Shown: positions 58,427 to 64,000 of the stretch, piece after piece
Numbering within the stretch: position 1 is the first letter of the stretch
Layout: the number at the start of each line of letters is the position of its first letter
DNA from: Spirochaetota bacterium
Lineage (GTDB): Bacteria > Spirochaetota > UBA4802 > UBA5550
Direction of reading: 5' to 3'
NCBI GenBank assembly: GCA_050298055.1
Contig: JBNKTL010000027.1
Location: 1,487-65,486, forward strand
DNA: 64,000 nucleotides
Translations under genes and position numbers: made by a program
The notes under the pieces: generated by a model
Database searches by the model: none
Told to the model about the DNA's origin: nothing
The model's input: the letters and a program-made list of their open reading frames with translations, nothing else

Positions 58427-59632
58427 TTACCTTACAAGTGTGGCCCACCAGGCTGATATGCCGACCCGGAAGAGCCAGCTGAAACCAACATCGTAAACCT
58501 TCCCTGTTCTTTTGAAATATTCGGCATACTGGATCAACCCGGCCGGAGATCTTTCCGTTTTTTCCCTGAAGCTGAAGCCGATGACTCTCCCCTGCTCCAT
58601 CAGTTTTGTACCCCGTTCCGTAAGGGATGCGTAGGTAAAGGTCACGTCCCAGAGAGTGTTGTCTCCTTCAAGATCCCTCATTTTCAGAGTGATCCTTCCC
58701 AGAAGGTCACCGGAGAAATTCATGGCAACCTGGAACCGGTGCTTCTCCCTGTCATACTCAGTAACATACCAGTATACCGGCATATCGTTTCGAAGGTACT
58801 TGTATTTCGCATATCCGCTCTCCTCGAACACGGTATTATTGCCGGTTCTCCCGTTCTTCTTATCAGAATAGAGGAGATTGAACCGCCACCGGGGGATCCA
58901 GCACAGCTCCTCAATGCCCCCTGCAAGGTGAAACGATTCGGTTGCAGATCCGATTACCTTCCCTGTTGCATTTGTCTGGTGAAACTCTGACGTAAAGCTC
59001 TTCAACGGCTTTGTCAGGGGAATATCTCTATTCCCTTTATAATTGATAGTTCCGTTTTCTGCATAGCTCCTGGCCGATTTATTCATCAGGCTAAGAAGCC
59101 GGTCAACTTTTTCATCGGGAAGTGAATTGATCCTTTCCACACCTGTTTTATTCAGTGCAGTGTAGATAAAGCTGTTCCTGATCTCCGACCTTTTCCCGCC
59201 CAGAGGGACTACCCGGACACGATACAGGCCGTAAACAATTCCCTCATCCATTAGAAGGGCACTGTAGACCCTCTCTTTCAGATCATACTTTACCGTATAC
59301 CAGTGGGTGATCCCTTCATCACCGAAGAGGAATAGCCTGGTGAAATTCTCGGTGAAAACTGCATGATCCTCATTCCTCTTCTCTTCCAGGTGTGAAACCC
59401 TGAATTTCCATGGATTTGTCCTGTTCATCTCTTTCACAGAGCTGACGATCCGGAACAGACGGTCCGCATCGGTATTCACCTTTTCTATCCTGGAGACAAG
59501 CTTCCTTGTGGACTTGAAGGGAAGTTTGCTCATGTCCCCGAGATTGGGTGTTGCAGCACAGCACGAAACCATACCTGCCAGCACGAAAGCCGGCAAGACA
59601 CTGAATTTGAAAAAATACCATTTGCTAGTCAT
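58427..59632 (-). CDS. Exported/lipoprotein with two tandem SRPBCC-like domains
   Basis: Signal ending VSCC; repeated W.F....VF.E...WY...YD...TY..L...G pattern in both halves. Confidence 0.65.
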   Translation of the reverse strand: MTSKWYFFKFSVLPAFVLAGMVSCCAATPNLGDMSKLPFKSTRKLVSRIEKVNTDADRLFRIVSSVKEMNRTNPWKFRVSHLEEKRNEDHAVFTENFTRLFLFGDEGITHWYTVKYDLKERVYSALLMDEGIVYGLYRVRVVPLGGKRSEIRNSFIYTALNKTGVERINSLPDEKVDRLLSLMNKSARSYAENGTINYKGNRDIPLTKPLKSFTSEFHQTNATGKVIGSATESFHLAGGIEELCWIPRWRFNLLYSDKKNGRTGNNTVFEESGYAKYKYLRNDMPVYWYVTEYDREKHRFQVAMNFSGDLLGRITLKMRDLEGDNTLWDVTFTYASLTERGTKLMEQGRVIGFSFREKTERSPAGLIQYAEYFKRTGKVYDVGFSWLFRVGISAWWATLVR

Positions 59633-59669
59633 TTATATTACCTCTCTGTAAATAATATTTGCTGTAGAT

Positions 59670-59948
59670 TCATTCTGACAAAACCTTTCTGATCTCCTCA
59701 TCAACAGGCACCACGTTCCCGCTCCTGTCCATGAATACCTCTGTAATACGGGCACCGGCAACCTGAACACCGGTATCCCGGTTGAATACTCTCTGTTCGA
59801 TTATATGTCATTTCCGATAAGCCTGTTTCAACAGAGAGCAGATCGCCCACCTCCCCTCTTCAAGAAGCTCGAGGTAGCGGGCGTTATTCACATGACGGAA
59901 GAGATCCACATGGTACCCCCTCACCCTGATATTGATTGTTGATTTCAT
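59670..59948 (-). pseudogene. YbgC/FadM-type acyl-CoA thioesterase pseudogene
   Basis: AAGGAG RBS; MKSTINIRVRGYHVDLFRHVNNARYLELLEEGRW, then out-of-frame pieces GDLLSVETGLSEM and IEQRVFNRDTG.QVAGARIT.VFMD, implying deletions. Confidence 0.8.
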
Positions 59949-60020
59949 TGTTTGCTCCTTTTCATCGTTTTTCATAGCTTATGTTTCGGAGATAAGATAC
60001 TTGAAACGAGAAAAGTTGTC

Positions 60021-60057
60021 TTGATGAATAACGCATTAAAATTGAGGGATTGCGAAA
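60021..60057 (-). promoter_or_regulatory. Possible AraC operator upstream of the thioesterase pseudogene
   Basis: Minus strand TTTCGCAATCCCTCAA and ATGCGTTATTCATCAA with 21-nt period. Confidence 0.35.
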
Positions 60058-60241
60058 CAGGAATTTATTGCAGGCTTTGCAGGATTATTTACCGGGTTAA
60101 TAATATTTTTTGTTTATTCAAAATGTAAGGGAGGGAATAAGAGATCTTATCTCCCTTTTAGAGGAGAGGTTAAAGGAGTAACCATAAGAAAAGGTATAGG
60201 AAGAGTTCTTTCCCTTTAGTCCCGCTGCAGCAGGCATGAGA

Positions 60242-61495
60242 TTAAGGTTTGCACCCTCTATAATTCGCCCCCTTACGATCTCCATCCCTCTGTTCTGTCT
60301 TCTTCTTTTTTTCTCTTTTCGCCTTCCCCGGGTTTTCATAGGGACGGGATTCCGGAAGATCGTGAACCGGCTGAAAACCGTCAATGAGCCTGCGGGTTAA
60401 CACCTGTTTGATAAGGCGCTCAATATCAAAAAGCTGCTTAAACTCATGGGCGCTGACAAGGGAGATGGCGTGGCCGGGCAACCCGGCCCTGCCGGTACGG
60501 CCGATGCGGTGGATATAATCTTCAGGGACATCGGGCAGATCAAAGTTTACCACCCGGGGCAGTTGTTCAATATCCAGACCTCTGCTGGCAATATCCGTTG
60601 CCACCAGGATCCGGACCCTGCCTTTCTTAAAGTCAGCAAGTGCCTTTGTGCGGGCACCCTGACTCTTGTTCCCATGGATGGCCGCAGCATCAATACCCGC
60701 TTTTTCCAGATACCGGGTTAATTTATTTGCACCATGTTTGGTTCTGCTGAAGACCAGCACCTGTTCCCATTTATTCTCTTTTATTAAACGAGTGAGGACT
60801 GCCGATTTCCGGTTCTTATCCACCGGATGTACCAACTGTGTCACCGTATCTACGGTTGTATTTGGAGGAGATACCGAAATTTCAACGGGATCATTGATGA
60901 TCCCCCTTGCCAGCTTGCGTATATCATGGGAAAATGTCGCCGAGAACATAAGGTTCTGACGCTTCCCGGGCAATAATCTTACTATTTTTCGAATATCATG
61001 GATAAATCCCATATCCAGCATCCGATCGGCTTCATCCAGCACCAGCACTTCCAGCCGGTCGAACCTTACTCCTTTTTGGCGATAGAGGTCCAAAAGCCGT
61101 CCCGGTGTAGCTACCAGGAGATCTACCCCCTGGCGAAGTTTCTTCAACTGGGGATTGATATTCACTCCCCCAAATACCACAGCAGAGCGGAGAGAGAGAT
61201 GTTTCCCATAGTTCTCTACACAGATACCGATCTGGGCAGCCAGTTCCCGTGTGGGGGTAATAATGAGGGCGCGGGCCTGATTCCCCTTAACCCGTTCATC
61301 ATCACGCAGCAGTTCCAAAAGGGGCAAGGTAAAGGCTCCGGTTTTGCCCGTGCCGGTTTGCGCTGCAGCCATAAGGTCCTTGCCCTGAATGATCAGAGGG
61401 ATAGCCCTGGCCTGTATGGGAGTCGGGTTTTCGTAACCCAGATCAGCTACAGCTTTAAGAATTTGCGGGGATAACCCCAGGGAGGAAAATTTCAT
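60242..61495 (-). CDS. rhlE: DEAD-box RNA helicase RhlE-like
   Basis: [72 protein letters not shown]. Confidence 0.93.
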   Translation of the reverse strand: MKFSSLGLSPQILKAVADLGYENPTPIQARAIPLIIQGKDLMAAAQTGTGKTGAFTLPLLELLRDDERVKGNQARALIITPTRELAAQIGICVENYGKHLSLRSAVVFGGVNINPQLKKLRQGVDLLVATPGRLLDLYRQKGVRFDRLEVLVLDEADRMLDMGFIHDIRKIVRLLPGKRQNLMFSATFSHDIRKLARGIINDPVEISVSPPNTTVDTVTQLVHPVDKNRKSAVLTRLIKENKWEQVLVFSRTKHGANKLTRYLEKAGIDAAAIHGNKSQGARTKALADFKKGRVRILVATDIASRGLDIEQLPRVVNFDLPDVPEDYIHRIGRTGRAGLPGHAISLVSAHEFKQLFDIERLIKQVLTRRLIDGFQPVHDLPESRPYENPGKAKREKKKKTEQRDGDRKGANYRGCKP

Positions 61496-61616
61496 ATAGT
61501 TATCTCTTTTTTATTTGTAGTATTGTGTCAGGGGATAGAAAGGGGGTGTATATTACAACTCTTTTAAATATCAGAAGATTGATTCGGGAAGAATCTATAA
61601 TTTTAAAGGAAATGGT

Positions 61617-62072
61617 TTAATTGATACGCTCAATTGTTACTTCTTTCGACCCCTTCCATTTTTCAAAATAGTCCACGCCGGTATCTATTTTTCCCAGGAT
61701 AATTAATCCGCTGGCATAACCGAAATCCCGGTAAAATATCGCCAGCTTTCCCCAGGGGGAGTAGTATGTTATATCACCAACAGACGGATCACTGCCGGAA
61801 GGAGCATCCTTTAAAGATAACTTTTTAGGGAGGCGGCTTATTTTTTCTGTTTCGGCATAATCCTCCAGCTTGAGGGTTAAGGGCAGGAGAGAGATAAAAT
61901 CCCTTGCAGCCGGATTATCATACATTGTTGCCGTAAGTTCTTTATCCTTGAATTTCAATCTGATTTTAATATTCATTCCCTTCTTATCCTTTGCTTCTGT
62001 TTTATCCCCCATATAAAATGCAGAGCAGATTATCAATAAAATAAGAGAAAATAACCCGAGTTGTTTTTTCAT
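61617..62072 (-). CDS. Cyclophilin-like fold protein with signal peptide
   Basis: DNPAARDFISLLPLTLKLEDY..TEKI..LP, GDITYYSPWG.LAIFY.DF. Confidence 0.85.
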   Translation of the reverse strand: MKKQLGLFSLILLIICSAFYMGDKTEAKDKKGMNIKIRLKFKDKELTATMYDNPAARDFISLLPLTLKLEDYAETEKISRLPKKLSLKDAPSGSDPSVGDITYYSPWGKLAIFYRDFGYASGLIILGKIDTGVDYFEKWKGSKEVTIERIN

Positions 62073-62083
62073 CTTTTGCAATC

Positions 62084-62580
62084 CTACATTGTTGGTTTAC
62101 TTATTGCACTATTTCTCGAGAGCCATTGAGAAAGTGATTTTATCTCCTCACCGGAACCACTGCCATATATGGACATACAATCTGAAACATAGGCGTCAGG
62201 ACATAAGCTGGCAATATCACCGGCGATTTTTCCCTGCCCCCCCCGCCGTGGGTGCAGAAGGGAAAAATCGTTTTTCCGGTTAAGTCATGTTCCGCAAGGA
62301 AGCTTGCAACCGGAGGCGCCACTGTATTCCACCAGTTTGGCGAACCGATAAATATCCTGCTGTATTCATCAACTCTGCCGATGATTGTTTCTAACTCCGG
62401 CCTGAACCCCTCCCTGATCTCCTTCTTTGCCTGGTTTACAACCTCGTTGTAATCTTCGGGATAGGGCAGAGCGGGAACTATCTCGATGATATCTCCCCCG
62501 GTAATCTCCCGGATTTTCTCTGCGACGCTCCGGGTATTGCCCGACCATGAATAGTACACTATGAGAATTTTTTCTAACAT
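62084..62580 (-). pseudogene. Flavodoxin frameshifted in a G8 run
   Basis: YYSWSGNT, IFIGSPNWW, PFCTHGGGG. Adding one G at 62237-62244 restores QGKIAGDIASLCPDA...LSQWL to TAG at 62084. Confidence 0.8.
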
Positions 62581-62631
62581 TTCAAGCTCCCTGCTAATAA
62601 CTTTCCATTATGTTTACCGGGTATAAGCAAA

Positions 62632-63126
62632 TTACTTAGCCGTAGCTTCGCTGTATTCCTGATCGGTGACCGGGCCAAGCCATTTTGCGGGACCCAGGTG
62701 CACCTGTGTGCTCATACCAAGATGAACAAACTCACTTTCAGGAGATGCACCGTGCCAGTGGACCACGTCAGCGGGAATGGGCACAACATCGCCCGGTTTC
62801 AATGAACGGGCAGGCTTCCCCTTCTCCTGGTAATACCCCTTCCCTTCTGTTATCAGTAAAATCTGCCCGCCGGGATGGGAATGCCAGTGTGTCCGTGCCG
62901 CAGGTTCAAAGGTAACGTTGTAGACCTGGGTATCGAAGGCTTTCTTCTCATCGATGACAAGCATTTTAACCCAGACGGTATTGCTGAAATAATCCTGGCC
63001 TGCCTTGTCCCCCTTTTCAAAAATAGTCCTGTTATCCATTGATTTGCCTCCTCTGTTGTTACCACAGGATATCATAATCACTGCTATTGTCAAAAAAGTT
63101 ATTATCAGTGTAATATTCTTTTTCAT
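62632..63126 (-). CDS. Cupin-domain lipoprotein
   Basis: Lipobox MISC; NVTFEPAARTHWHSHPGGQIL, HWHGA, WLGPVTDQEY. Confidence 0.9.
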   Translation of the reverse strand: MKKNITLIITFLTIAVIMISCGNNRGGKSMDNRTIFEKGDKAGQDYFSNTVWVKMLVIDEKKAFDTQVYNVTFEPAARTHWHSHPGGQILLITEGKGYYQEKGKPARSLKPGDVVPIPADVVHWHGASPESEFVHLGMSTQVHLGPAKWLGPVTDQEYSEATAK

Positions 63127-63138
63127 TTTATTATCTCC

Positions 63139-63999
63139 TTATTTGAGATGTTTCTTAAAAAATGACTCCAGTTTACCAAAGGGAATCATGTCAGTCCTGT
63201 CATAGAGGTCGATATGCCGTGCACCGGGAACAATATAGAGTTCCTTGGGCTGGGCAGCCATTTTATACGCATCTTCGGTGAAATAGCGCGAATGGGCCTT
63301 TTCACCCATGACGAAGAGTATTGGCCGCGGTGAGATGGTCTTGATATGACTCAATAATGAAAAATTCATGAATGCCAGGTTGCTTGTTGTAGTAAAATTT
63401 GCCCTTGCCCTGGGATGGTGTCCGCGTTTCATGCCATAGTATTCATAGAATTCACTTGTTATGGGATCCAGTCCTTTTGGTACTGATTCAGCCGGTACAG
63501 CCGGGAAAGCGGGAATGTATTCAGGGGACCCTTTTTCAAAATCCTTCCATCGCTGTTCTCCAAGTTTAACCAGCATGTTGTTACGCTGCTCACCAGTCAT
63601 TGTATCCATCCATCCATTTCGTATTACTCTGCTCATATCATACATACTTGCTGTGGCAACTGCCTTGATGCGCAGATCAACCTGGGCCGCTGAAAGGGAA
63701 AACGCCCCGCTTCCGCAGATTCCAATGGCTCCGATTCTGTTGCGATCAACAAAGGGACGCGTCCCCAAAAAGTCAACTGCCGCACTGAAATCTTCAACAA
63801 AGATGTCAGGTGATGATGCGTGATGCGGTTTACCGCCACTTTCACCGTTAAAGGAGACATCATAAGCAATTGTTATAAAACCCCTGCCTGCCATCTCCTG
63901 GGCATAAATCCCCGCTCCCTGCTCTTTGACTCCGCCATACGGATGACCCACTACAAGGGCCGGATATTTTATGGACTTCTCCATGTTTATTGGCATATA
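63139..63999 (-). CDS. Alpha/beta hydrolase (YcjY-like), 5' end outside the window
   Basis: HPYGGVKEQ, GESGG.P, EDFSAAVDFL, GICGSG (Cys nucleophile), ISPRP, HIDLYD. Confidence 0.9.
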   Translation of the reverse strand, partial: YMPINMEKSIKYPALVVGHPYGGVKEQGAGIYAQEMAGRGFITIAYDVSFNGESGGKPHHASSPDIFVEDFSAAVDFLGTRPFVDRNRIGAIGICGSGAFSLSAAQVDLRIKAVATASMYDMSRVIRNGWMDTMTGEQRNNMLVKLGEQRWKDFEKGSPEYIPAFPAVPAESVPKGLDPITSEFYEYYGMKRGHHPRARANFTTTSNLAFMNFSLLSHIKTISPRPILFVMGEKAHSRYFTEDAYKMAAQPKELYIVPGARHIDLYDRTDMIPFGKLESFFKKHLK

Positions 64000-64000
64000 C

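Overview
Gene-dense bacterial chromosome segment. The gene style (FecR plus FN3/beta-barrel, HEAT-repeat plus cyclase, HisKA-less HATPase) suggests an anaerobic Spirochaetota-like organism, which is an inference. It carries proA, bacterioferritin, a GAF-PAS adenylate cyclase/HEAT/membrane-protein unit, a 7TM-GAF-AraC regulator facing a class III aminotransferase and class II aldolase, and a ~13 kb histidine-kinase cluster. It also has tRNA-Ala(CGC), an ECF sigma/FecR/outer-membrane trio, AraC-linked oxidoreductase genes, an AT-rich patch of decayed toxin-antitoxin genes with an IS4 element and intact vapBC, an aapJQM-like ABC operon without its ATPase, and rhlE. Items missed by the ORF track: four copies of a ~140-bp MITE-like element with a central GC hairpin, a 62-bp loopless palindrome, a second inverted-repeat element, several frameshifted or decayed genes, and a small membrane-protein ORF with one in-frame TGA followed by a SECIS-like hairpin (candidate selenoprotein or pseudogene). 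No CRISPR array, prophage or integrase was seen. All family calls come from motif recognition, not database searches.
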